From Candidatus Kaiserbacteria bacterium (lineage in GTDB: Bacteria; Patescibacteriota; Minisyncoccia; Phycocordibacterales; UBA2100), in NCBI GenBank assembly GCA_016217965.1, contig JACRFI010000015.1:82366-138079 (forward strand): a stretch of DNA of 55,714 nucleotides, written 5' to 3'. The notes below the pieces were generated by a model that saw nothing but the letters and a program-made list of their open reading frames with translations, made no database searches and was not told where the DNA came from. Shown here piece by piece: positions 1 to 8,381 of the stretch; the stretch's first letter is position 1, and each line of letters starts with the position of its first letter. A program made the translations under genes and the position numbers.

Positions 1-53
1 GCTTCAAAGAAATCACTTGTTCCTTCCGCTATCTCTTCGAAAAAATCTCCCAT
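1..53 (-). CDS. 5' start of a CDS running off the window edge (MGDFFEEIAEG...)
   Basis: ATG (cat at 51-53) lies 4 nt past the nirK stop; frame is open to position 1. Confidence 0.45.
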   Translation of the reverse strand, partial: MGDFFEEIAEGTSDFFE

Positions 54-57
54 GTCG

Positions 58-1296
58 CTAATGTCCACTCGGGTACGTGCTCGGAATGCCCTCAAAGATG
101 TCAGGACGAGATTCGCCGACGATCTGAAGGGTCCCCCATGCGCCCTTATCAAGCCGCGCGAGTGCGTGGTCTACAAGTACATATGTTCCCGGAACATCCG
201 CAGAAAATTCAACTATCGTCGCTCCACCTGCGGGAACGATAGTACTTTGCACGTTCTTGTGTGGTTCCGACCCAATTGCCGCTTCCGGATAGACCGTGTC
301 GAATATCTCTCCGATGAGGTGGAAGTTTGAGACGAGATTCACGCCTCCGTTACCCACATACATCCGTACTTTCTCTCCTTGCTGCACGACAACGTTCTCT
401 TTCGATATCGCGCCCGTTTTTCCGTTGAATACGATATACTCCGGATTCCCGTCGAGCATTTTTCCCGCATCAACGACTTGGAGCCCCTTTGTTCCGCGAG
501 AACCGGCTGTATAAAATTCGCCTTGTACTACGTACAATTCCCTATCAACCGGCGGCAACTCTTCTTCCGGTTCAATGAGAATGAGGCCATACATCCCATG
601 AGCCATGTGATTCGCGACATTCGGGTGCGCACAGTGGTAAATGTAGAGGCCAGGATTCAGCGCCTTAAATGTCACCATTTTACTTTCTCCTGGCATCACG
701 TCAGTCACCGTCGCGCCGCCGCCTGGGCCCGTGACTGCGTGGAGGTCAATTGAATGCATGTGGAGGCTCGTATGGTCGTTGTGAAGCGTAACGTGCACCG
801 TATCGCCTTCACGCACGCGAAGCATTGGCCCCGGCACGGTGCCATCAAAGGTCCAATAATTGACGATAACGCCCGGCGCGATTTCCGCGAGCACCTCCTT
901 CGTGGTGAGGTCGATATTCACAACTGCACTCTCCGTGCGGCCTGTAGCCGCAGGCACATCGCGAGCATCACGCGCGATGTCTGCCACTCTCTCAAACGCA
1001 CCAAGATGCGAGAAGAACTGAAAAACATTTTTCAAAGGAAGCGTCGGGCCGTCAGCGGGTCCGTATGTCGTAAGCCCGAACGGATACGCAAGATTTTTCG
1101 GGACACCGACCGGAAACCAGAAAAAAAGCATCGCACCGATAAAAAACAACCCGAGGAGCACCGTATTCCGAAGTGAGTGTTGTTTTCGGAGGACAATGTA
1201 AAGAAACACGACCGCTGCGGCGCCAGCAAGCACAAGACCGAATCCTTGGACGATCAGGTAGTTAGCGAGCGACCAGGCATTAATCAGGGTATCCAT
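58..1296 (-). CDS. nirK: Copper-containing nitrite reductase with N-terminal membrane anchor
   Basis: HSIDLH, YHCAHPNVANHMAHGMYG, NFHLIG and VDHA supply the type-1 and type-2 Cu ligands and catalytic Asp/His; two hydrophobic helices at the N-terminus. Confidence 0.93.
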   Translation of the reverse strand: MDTLINAWSLANYLIVQGFGLVLAGAAAVVFLYIVLRKQHSLRNTVLLGLFFIGAMLFFWFPVGVPKNLAYPFGLTTYGPADGPTLPLKNVFQFFSHLGAFERVADIARDARDVPAATGRTESAVVNIDLTTKEVLAEIAPGVIVNYWTFDGTVPGPMLRVREGDTVHVTLHNDHTSLHMHSIDLHAVTGPGGGATVTDVMPGESKMVTFKALNPGLYIYHCAHPNVANHMAHGMYGLILIEPEEELPPVDRELYVVQGEFYTAGSRGTKGLQVVDAGKMLDGNPEYIVFNGKTGAISKENVVVQQGEKVRMYVGNGGVNLVSNFHLIGEIFDTVYPEAAIGSEPHKNVQSTIVPAGGATIVEFSADVPGTYVLVDHALARLDKGAWGTLQIVGESRPDIFEGIPSTYPSGH

Positions 1297-1299
1297 GCG

Positions 1300-1665
1300 T
1301 TAGTTGTACGGGATCTGGCATTCCTCGAAGCAATGGGCCTCACGATTCAACGTGTAGATGCGCTCGCGTCCCCGCTCCTTTGCCTCTACCGCATCGACGG
1401 ATTTGAGAACCTGCAAATGGTGCGTCACCGTCGGTTGCTTCAATTTCAGTTCCTTGGTGAGCGCACCCACAGTGAGCCCCTCTCGCTCCTTCCCAAGCAT
1501 GCATATCAGTTTGTACCTATTCTTGTCTCCGACTGCCTTAAAACATTCCGGGCACAGCCATTCTTCGCCGCTTTTCACCCATTCGGGGCGCTTATAGACA
1601 CGGTCCTCAGGGCTCTCCGCTTTTTTTATTTTTTGGCGAGTTGTCCCCACCTCGTGTTGATTCAT
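1300..1665 (-). CDS. ArsR/SmtB-family transcriptional regulator
   Basis: wHTH signature R..LI..L...LTVGALTKEL.LKQPTVTHHLQVL...ERGRERIYTL; CPEC and HCFEEC motifs. Confidence 0.88.
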   Translation of the reverse strand: MNQHEVGTTRQKIKKAESPEDRVYKRPEWVKSGEEWLCPECFKAVGDKNRYKLICMLGKEREGLTVGALTKELKLKQPTVTHHLQVLKSVDAVEAKERGRERIYTLNREAHCFEECQIPYN

Positions 1666-1679
1666 AGATATATATCTAT
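1664..1679. promoter_or_regulatory. Perfect 16-bp palindrome ATAGATATATATCTAT, candidate operator in the arsR/nrdJ divergent promoter
   Basis: Self-complementary sequence overlapping the ArsR start codon. Confidence 0.5.
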
Positions 1680-1719
1680 ATATACAATGTATCGATTACT
1701 GTCAATGTAACAAGTACGT

Positions 1720-4101
1720 ATGAGAAGCGCACCCACGGTATCCACAGAGAACGAGGAATCAATGCGTGGCAGAGCGCCAGCTGCTAGGCCGCAACAGGTC
1801 TATGCGAAATACGTGCCAAATATACAAAAACGTGACGGCCGCATCGTTCCGTTTGAATTTGAAAAGATCGTGCAAGCGACATACAAAGCGATGCGCGCTT
1901 CAAACATGGGCTCGGCGCATGAGGCAGAGATCGTGGCGCACAAAGTAGCAAACGAGATGATGCGTATCGCGAAAACGTACAAAAACTTCCTTCCGACTGT
2001 TGAAGGCTGCCAAGACGAGGTTGAGCGCCAGCTTATGCTCTCGGATCATGTCGCTGCGGCGAAGGCATATATTCTATATCGCAATGAGCGGGCAAAAAAA
2101 CGCACAGAAGAGAGGTCAATACCTGAACATGTGCGAGAACTTGCTAAGGAGAGCGCGAAATATTTTGCAAATAACCCTCTTGGAGAATTCGTTTACCTGC
2201 GTACGTATGCTCGCTGGATTGAAAACGAGAAAAGGCGCGAGACATGGGTAGAAACTGTCGATAGATACATACATTTCATGCGCGAGAACCTTGGCGAAAA
2301 ATTAACGGAAAATGAATACACGACGTTGCGCGAGGCAATCCTCAAGCAAGAAGTCATGCCCTCGATGCGCGCTATGCAATTCTCCGGCGAGCCTGCGCGC
2401 CGCTGCAACACCTGTGTCTATAACTGCACATATACGGCACCAACCAAGCTGCAAGATTTCGCGGAGATCATGTACCTCTCTATGCAGGGATGCGGCGTCG
2501 GCTTTGCCGTTGAAAGCGAGAACATACAGCAGCTGCCGCAGATCGAAAAACAAACGGGAGAGGTTCTTTCGACCCATACTGTGCAAGATTCAAAGGAAGG
2601 CTGGTGTGATGCGCTGACAGCCGGCCTCGCGGCATGGTACGGAGGGCGCGATATAAATTTTGACTATTCTTATGTTCGCCCCGCGGGCGCAAGGCTAAGG
2701 ACGATGGGCGGAAAAGCGTCAGGGCCAGAACCTTTGCGGTCACTCCTCGTATTTGCTCGTGAGCGCATCCTAAAACGGCAAGGCCGCAGACTAAGGAACA
2801 TCGACGCGCACGATATTATCTGCAAGATCGGTGAATGTGTCGTCGCGGGCGGGGTTCGGCGAACAGCGATGATATCGCTTTCAGATCTTGATGACGTAGA
2901 AGTCCGTGACGCAAAAAAAGGACAGTTTTATCTCACGGATCCGCACCGAATGGTCTCGAACAATTCAGCCGTCTACGAAACACGCCCCACGAATACGGAA
3001 CTTATGGACGAATGGGTAGCACTTATGAAAAGCGGAACAGGAGAGCGTGGCATCTTTAATCGAGGTTCGCTAGCCGCAACAATGCCAAAGCGCCGCCTTA
3101 CATTCCTGAAAGAGAAATTTGGTGCCGTTCGACAAGGATTTTTAGGGCAAATCGGAACGAATCCTTGCGGAGAGATACTCCTTCAGCCTAAGCAATTCTG
3201 CAATCTCTCAGAAATTATAGCGCGAGCCGACGACACGGAGAAATCGCTTATGCGCAAAGCTCGCTTGGCATCGCTCCTTGGCACATACCAATCGACATTG
3301 ACGAAATTCAACTACATTTCTAAGGAATGGATCGAGAACTGCGAGAAGGAGCGGCTCCTTGGCGTTTCAATAACTGGGCAGTGGGATTCTCTAGCAGTGC
3401 GTAATTCTGCAACGCTTCGCAAGATGCGCGACGCAGCGATCGCAGCGAATAAAAAATACGCAAAGAGATTTGGCATTCCACCATCAATGTCCGTGACCGC
3501 AGTCAAACCGTCCGGAACTGTCTCACAAACCTTCAATTGCTCATCCGGACTGCATCCTCGGCATGCGCGCCATTATGTACGCCGGGTCCGCATTTCTGCA
3601 ACAGATTCTCTCTTTAAACTTATGCGCGACCAGGGGGTGCCCTACCATCCTGAGATAGGACAGGACGACGAAAACGCGAGCACGTTCGTCTTGGAGTTTC
3701 CGGTTCACTCTCCCGGCGCTTCCATTTTCAAGAACGACCTTGCCGCACTCGAGCAGTTAGAGTATTGGAAAAACGTCAAACTAAACTACACGGAGCACAA
3801 TCCCTCGGCAACCATATCTGTAGGAGACAACGAGTGGATCGGCGTTATTGAATGGATCGAAAGAAATTGGGACATTATCGGCGGGCTGTCATTTCTGCCA
3901 CGCGAAAATCACGTCTATCGACTCGCTCCGTATGAGGCAATTGACGAAGCTGCGTTCAATCGGCTCGCCGCTAATTTCCCCAACATAGATTTTTCGAAAC
4001 TTGTCACGTATGAACTGGAGGATGAGACGGAGCAGGCGCGAGAACTTGCTTGCGCAGGCGGAACGTGCGAGATCGAACCAGTACCGACGGCGAGCGGTTA
4101 G
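1720..4101 (+). CDS. nrdJ: Class II (adenosylcobalamin-dependent) ribonucleotide reductase with N-terminal ATP cone
   Basis: IQKRDGRIVPF ATP cone, YNC, VVAGGVRR, GTNPCGE, CNL, VKPSGTVS, C-terminal ACAGGTCE; start may be 1762. Confidence 0.93.
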   Translation: MRSAPTVSTENEESMRGRAPAARPQQVYAKYVPNIQKRDGRIVPFEFEKIVQATYKAMRASNMGSAHEAEIVAHKVANEMMRIAKTYKNFLPTVEGCQDEVERQLMLSDHVAAAKAYILYRNERAKKRTEERSIPEHVRELAKESAKYFANNPLGEFVYLRTYARWIENEKRRETWVETVDRYIHFMRENLGEKLTENEYTTLREAILKQEVMPSMRAMQFSGEPARRCNTCVYNCTYTAPTKLQDFAEIMYLSMQGCGVGFAVESENIQQLPQIEKQTGEVLSTHTVQDSKEGWCDALTAGLAAWYGGRDINFDYSYVRPAGARLRTMGGKASGPEPLRSLLVFARERILKRQGRRLRNIDAHDIICKIGECVVAGGVRRTAMISLSDLDDVEVRDAKKGQFYLTDPHRMVSNNSAVYETRPTNTELMDEWVALMKSGTGERGIFNRGSLAATMPKRRLTFLKEKFGAVRQGFLGQIGTNPCGEILLQPKQFCNLSEIIARADDTEKSLMRKARLASLLGTYQSTLTKFNYISKEWIENCEKERLLGVSITGQWDSLAVRNSATLRKMRDAAIAANKKYAKRFGIPPSMSVTAVKPSGTVSQTFNCSSGLHPRHARHYVRRVRISATDSLFKLMRDQGVPYHPEIGQDDENASTFVLEFPVHSPGASIFKNDLAALEQLEYWKNVKLNYTEHNPSATISVGDNEWIGVIEWIERNWDIIGGLSFLPRENHVYRLAPYEAIDEAAFNRLAANFPNIDFSKLVTYELEDETEQARELACAGGTCEIEPVPTASG

Positions 4102-4628
4102 TAGCTTGGGTGCGGTTCTTTTACTCCGGCACGATGTGCCGAAAGGCGCGCGAGCGCAAAAAGTAAGCTCGAGAGCCGATTAAGGTACGGGATGGCGTTT
4201 TCGACAAGTGTCTCGTCGTGAAGCGCAATCACCGATCTTTCCGCGCGCCTCGCGATGGTACGTCCCACATCAAGTGCACCGGAGAGCATTGTGGCGCCAG
4301 GGATCGTGAATGAGCGGATTGGCGCGATCTCTTTCTCTACTTTCGCGATAATAGACTCAAGATAGCCGACCCTCTCCCGACCGAGTGTCTTTGGGGCTCC
4401 GGCAAGCATTGCCTGTATCACGAAAAGGTCCTCCTGGACTGTTCGTACGATCCGCTTCAATTTTCGCTCTTGTACATACGCAACTGCGGCACAATATCCA
4501 AGCCAGGAATTCAGTTCATCAAGATTTCCGAGAGCATCTATGCGAGGCGTGTCCTTAGGAATGCGCTCAGAGGCCACGTAGAGCTGAGTTGTCCCCGTGT
4601 CCCCTTTCCCTGTATAGAGCATTGTCAT
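4098..4628 (-). CDS. pduO: PduO-type ATP:cob(I)alamin adenosyltransferase
   Basis: YTGKGDTGTT, GNLDELNS, RTIARRAER, YLNRLSSLLF. Confidence 0.92.
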   Translation of the reverse strand: MTMLYTGKGDTGTTQLYVASERIPKDTPRIDALGNLDELNSWLGYCAAVAYVQERKLKRIVRTVQEDLFVIQAMLAGAPKTLGRERVGYLESIIAKVEKEIAPIRSFTIPGATMLSGALDVGRTIARRAERSVIALHDETLVENAIPYLNRLSSLLFALARLSAHRAGVKEPHPSY

Positions 4629-4657
4629 ATACTAGCAACATATAGATAATCATCAAT

Positions 4658-5083
4658 ATGTCAATTATGAAAAAATGGACGCAGGCGCTCGCTGTTCTTC
4701 TTGCAATCGCCGCGGGAATCGCATTCTTCACGCTTTCAATAAGTCGCCCGCCGGCGCCGATCCAGGAAACGCGCACCATAGTAACATCGCTTGCAATTCA
4801 TGGCGTGCTGCAACCGACTGATGTCCAAATTCCTGAAGGAACGTCCGCTCTTGCTATGCTAAAAGAGGAGCTCGGGAAAAGGCGGCTCTTGATTGTCACC
4901 AAAGAATATACGGGCCTCGGTACTTTAGTCGAACAGATAGGGCTGTATAAAAATGGCGATGAGGACAAGTATTGGACGTATATGGTCAACGGCACATTTG
5001 CAAACGTTGGTGCGGACGCGTATGTAGTTCAGAACTCGGATAGTATTGAGTGGACTTTCTCGCCGCCGCCGGATACGTACTAA
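4658..5083 (+). CDS. Membrane-anchored DUF4430 (transcobalamin C-terminal-like) protein
   Basis: N-terminal TM helix; LGTLVEQIG...YWTYMVNG...VGADAY...DSIEW pattern. Confidence 0.78.
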   Translation: MSIMKKWTQALAVLLAIAAGIAFFTLSISRPPAPIQETRTIVTSLAIHGVLQPTDVQIPEGTSALAMLKEELGKRRLLIVTKEYTGLGTLVEQIGLYKNGDEDKYWTYMVNGTFANVGADAYVVQNSDSIEWTFSPPPDTY

Positions 5084-5087
5084 AATC

Positions 5088-5618
5088 ATGCAAAAAAAAT
5101 ACATCGAAATTGCTCTCCTCGTTTTCCTCGCTGCCGGCTCTCGCCTTGTGCCGCACCTCCCGAATATGACGGCCGTCGGGGCTGTCGCACTCAAGGCGCG
5201 GGCACGATACGGACCGATGGGACTCGGGATCCCTGTATTGGGCATGTTGCTTTCCGATATCGCGCTCGGTTTCTATGATTTGCGGCTCCTCACATCGGTG
5301 TATGCGTCATTCGCGCTCTCTGGATCGCTTGGCGTATTTCTAAAGAATATTTCGTTGCCTAGACTTGCTCTCATCCCTGCGATTGGTTCGACAATCTTCT
5401 TTCTTAGTACTAATACCGCCGTTTGGGCGCTATCTGCGTGGTATCCGCATACGCTCTCTGGATTACTTGCCTGCCTCGTTGCCGGACTTCCGTTCTACTG
5501 TTATATGCTCGCAGGCGATACTCTCTTCACCAGCTTCGTATTCGCTCCATCGCTTCTTGAAAAATCTCTTACGGTTGGAACAATTCTTCAGGCACGAAGC
5601 GCACCGATGAGACAGTAG
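5088..5618 (+). CDS. DUF6580-like membrane protein, probable ECF S-component-type transporter
   Basis: SRLVPHLPNMTAVGAVAL and FFLSTN...W...YP..LSGL..C..AGLPF motifs; about 5-6 TM helices. Confidence 0.7.
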   Translation: MQKKYIEIALLVFLAAGSRLVPHLPNMTAVGAVALKARARYGPMGLGIPVLGMLLSDIALGFYDLRLLTSVYASFALSGSLGVFLKNISLPRLALIPAIGSTIFFLSTNTAVWALSAWYPHTLSGLLACLVAGLPFYCYMLAGDTLFTSFVFAPSLLEKSLTVGTILQARSAPMRQ

Positions 5619-6363
5619 GAAATTGTTTTGCTGTCGCTTCTATCTGCTGCCAAAGAATGCTTACGAAGCACGAACCTCCTCCTGTTCGATTCTGCGGATC
5701 AGAAAACGTAAGAGTCGCAACTCCGTGTTCAATAGCTGCTTTTTGAAGCGCGACGCCCTCAAGAGGAAATTCCGTGATAATTCCTTGTGAACGCTCCTCT
5801 TGTGAAAGTTCGCCTCGAAGAAGAAGTTTGATGGATTCGGTAAGAGGCCCGCCTTGATTCGTGTCCGGCGAGGCAGGCATTGTCGTTTCCGGGAGCACTC
5901 GCTCTACAGCAACAAGTCCATTTTTTGAACACTGCACGCCTCCCGGACCTTGGTCGAGGCCGGGGTTGTAATAGAAAAGTTTTATGTGCAGCCCTTCCTC
6001 AGAGGCGATTTGCACATGATGCAACACATCTACATCGACCACATCTCCATGTCTCGACCCTTCGATGCGAACGCGCTCGCCTTGAAGGAAGGATATGTCG
6101 CACACGTTCACGACACCATCTCTTTCACAACGGCTGTCCTCCCCGAAAGACAGCTTTGCGGCGAGACCAGGCGCGCCTGGTTCTTCGTATGAGAGATACC
6201 ATATCCCCCTCTCGAATCCCGGACTGTCTTTCATCATGTTCCCTTCTTTATCGAACGGCTCCCCTTCCGAAACAGGACCCGGATTTTGGTCCATTGCGTA
6301 CCAAATTGTTATAGCGATAAGCGGCAACAGAAGAATACCCACCCATGTTTTCCAATCGAACAT
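5569..6363 (-). CDS. Membrane-anchored GerMN-domain protein
   Basis: LLLRGEL...TEFP...ATLTF...GGSC...QIEATAKQFPTVSSV. Confidence 0.82.
   Translation of the reverse strand: MFDWKTWVGILLLPLIAITIWYAMDQNPGPVSEGEPFDKEGNMMKDSPGFERGIWYLSYEEPGAPGLAAKLSFGEDSRCERDGVVNVCDISFLQGERVRIEGSRHGDVVDVDVLHHVQIASEEGLHIKLFYYNPGLDQGPGGVQCSKNGLVAVERVLPETTMPASPDTNQGGPLTESIKLLLRGELSQEERSQGIITEFPLEGVALQKAAIEHGVATLTFSDPQNRTGGGSCFVSILWQQIEATAKQFPTVSSVRFVPEELFQP
5848..5877. repeat. 30-nt palindromic in-frame insertion (PASPDTNQGG) in the GerMN gene
   Basis: Minus strand CCTGCCT...AGGCGGG arms; length is a multiple of 3. Confidence 0.6.
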
Positions 6364-6373
6364 GCCAATTGCG

Positions 6374-6523
6374 CTACTTTCTCGGTTTAAAAAAGTAATA
6401 CGCTGAGAGAAGGAGGAGTAAAATGAGTGAGATCGTGAAGGACATCTCGCTCGTCCACATGTTGGAGAACAGGACAAGAAGTGCGGCAAGGAGAGGAAGC
6501 ACTGCGTCAATTTTTCGTTCCAT
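6374..6523 (-). CDS. 49-aa two-TM small membrane protein (MERKIDAVLPLLAALLVLFS...), not in the ORF track
   Basis: Fills the gap between co-oriented neighbours; two hydrophobic stretches and a basic C-terminus. Confidence 0.6.
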   Translation of the reverse strand: MERKIDAVLPLLAALLVLFSNMWTSEMSFTISLILLLLLSAYYFFKPRK

Positions 6524-6527
6524 ATTT

Positions 6528-6689
6528 TTATAGTAAGGGGCTAAAGTGCACGCCGAGGTAGAACGGCCAGATGATAATTGCGAGAACCCCCTGCCAGAAT
6601 GACAGCTGCAAATACCCGATAGTAAATATCCATGCGGCGCACCACAAGCCGCCGCTAAATGAATGGTTCTCGATCTTTATTTTTTCCAT
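6528..6689 (-). CDS. 53-aa small membrane protein (MEKIKIENHSF...)
   Basis: Hydrophobic W..GY..LSFWQGVLAIIIWPFYLG; operon packing. Confidence 0.65.
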   Translation of the reverse strand: MEKIKIENHSFSGGLWCAAWIFTIGYLQLSFWQGVLAIIIWPFYLGVHFSPLL

Positions 6690-6815
6690 CCCGTTAGAAA
6701 TAGGGCGCGAAGCTTGCCATGTTCTCGCGCCATATTTGGCTAATTTTATTAATTGCGACCGTATGCATACTCTTAACAAACGCGCTCACTATTTCTAACG
6801 GGATCCATATTAAAT

Positions 6816-7211
6816 TCATTCGCTCGTAACGCCATCAAAATGCTCCCCATCTTTTTCTGCGTCCGCCTTTGTCTCGTGCACGGTGCCGTCTTTATGGTTC
6901 GGCGGCGCATAGACGGTATACAGGTCGAGTGATTCGTGTTTCGAAGTGTTGATAATGTTGTGCTTGGTGCCGGAAGGAATTGTGACAGCGGAACCTTCGC
7001 CAAGCATGTGTTCGACGCCATCTAGAACCGCTTTGCCTTCCCCATCCTCGATGCGGATGAATTGGTCCAGGTCGTGCATCTCCGTGCCGATGTCCTCGCC
7101 GGGGGGAATACTCATGACAACTAGTTGCAAGTTGCGAGCGGTGTATAGTACCTTGCGAAAATTCTCATTATCTTCCGTCGCCTCTTCGATGTTCGTAACA
7201 AATCCTTTCAT
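6816..7211 (-). CDS. Cupin-domain protein
   Basis: IGTEMH.LDQFIRIEDGEG and IPSGTKHNIIN motifs; YAPPNH. Confidence 0.88.
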   Translation of the reverse strand: MKGFVTNIEEATEDNENFRKVLYTARNLQLVVMSIPPGEDIGTEMHDLDQFIRIEDGEGKAVLDGVEHMLGEGSAVTIPSGTKHNIINTSKHESLDLYTVYAPPNHKDGTVHETKADAEKDGEHFDGVTSE

Positions 7212-7216
7212 ATTTT

Positions 7217-7426
7217 TTACGCCGTGTGCGGCGAGTGTTTCGTTGGAATGATAAAAATGGCGAGAAGGTACGCGAGGACTCCTGGGAAAAATCCCGAGAA
7301 AATGACGACGATAAGCCATGCGAGCCTCAATCCCACCGGGTCGACGCTCCAGTATTCCCCCAGCCCGCCACAGATACCTGCAAAAACACGATTTGTCTCA
7401 CTTCTATACAATCGCTTTGTCTCCAT
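7217..7426 (-). CDS. pspC: PspC-domain protein
   Basis: KRLYRSETNRVFAGICGGLGEYW...AYLLAIFIIP. Confidence 0.9.
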   Translation of the reverse strand: METKRLYRSETNRVFAGICGGLGEYWSVDPVGLRLAWLIVVIFSGFFPGVLAYLLAIFIIPTKHSPHTA

Positions 7427-7485
7427 GCCTGCATTGTACCCTACTTTGCAGCCCAAGGTACGCGTTCCTGGTATACTGAGCACAT

Positions 7486-7671
7486 ATGCCCGCATCAAGA
7501 CCGAACGAACATGAGGAATGGGAGGCGGAGCAAAAAAAGCTTGCCTCAGGAAAGAAATCACGCCAACGCCCACTCACTGCCCCAAAGCCTCCTCCCTCTG
7601 GCGATCCACATCCGACTCGTATAGAGGAAAATACCAAAAAGTGGCGCGACGAACTCTATTGGTCAGAGTAA
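7486..7671 (+). CDS. Small hypothetical protein
   Basis: 61-aa ATG ORF filling an intergenic gap. Confidence 0.4.
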   Translation: MPASRPNEHEEWEAEQKKLASGKKSRQRPLTAPKPPPSGDPHPTRIEENTKKWRDELYWSE

Positions 7672-8265
7672 TCAGTGCGCAAGATTGCCCAGTTCCCGGA
7701 CTTTCCGCAACCATCTTTCTTTCTTAGCTGGTGGCGTGTTTTCTGCGGGACCGAACCACGTTGAAGAAACGGAAAATCCTGCAAACCAAAGTATTCCCCA
7801 TCGGAGCTGCGCATTCACGTTGCCGGGTAGAAACCTCACAAGCCACGGGGCAGTGCCGCTTGTCATGATGATCCGGGCCGTCTTTCCGCGAAAAAGCCGA
7901 TGCCAGAGAGGGGTTCGTTTGCCGCTTGAGAGCTTGATGTAGCGGAATGCAGAGCCAGGAAGCCAGGCACGGTCAAAAAGTCCTTTCAGAATGGCAGGCA
8001 TTCCCACCCACCATACGGGATAGACAACGACAAAGTGATCAGAGTCGGTTACCAGCTTCTGGAATTTGACGAGGTCAGGTTCTAGTTCTTGTCTTGCTCG
8101 GTAGCCCCGATGTAAGATCGGATCGAATTGCATCTCCCCGATATTCATACGCCCCACCGTATGCCCGGCCTCTCTCGCGCTCTTCTCGTACGCATCTGCG
8201 ATTTCGCCGCACATGCCTGAGGTGTCAGGATGTCCCAGAAGCAGGAAAATTCTCTTTATTTTCAT
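7672..8265 (-). CDS. NAD(P)H-dependent flavodoxin-like oxidoreductase (quinone reductase family)
   Basis: LGHP, ELEPDL, YPVWWVGMPAILKGLFDR. Confidence 0.88.
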   Translation of the reverse strand: MKIKRIFLLLGHPDTSGMCGEIADAYEKSAREAGHTVGRMNIGEMQFDPILHRGYRARQELEPDLVKFQKLVTDSDHFVVVYPVWWVGMPAILKGLFDRAWLPGSAFRYIKLSSGKRTPLWHRLFRGKTARIIMTSGTAPWLVRFLPGNVNAQLRWGILWFAGFSVSSTWFGPAENTPPAKKERWLRKVRELGNLAH

Positions 8266-8381
8266 GTGGTAGGCTGTATTGTATCACGCAAGAGTCGGCG
8301 GTTTCAGGGCGTAATACCTTGACGATTCGGCTTTGGCGTGTTACCAATAGCCCTCACTTAAGAGATTACTCTACTTGCTCC

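Noticed and set aside
1666-4657. Cobalamin riboswitch for the B12 module
   Set aside because: Intergenic spacers are only about 30-55 nt and no B12-box was seen
8094-8381. Long N-terminal extension of the MFP ORF
   Set aside because: Overlaps the oppositely oriented oxidoreductase; the ATG at 8382 before the TM helix is more plausible
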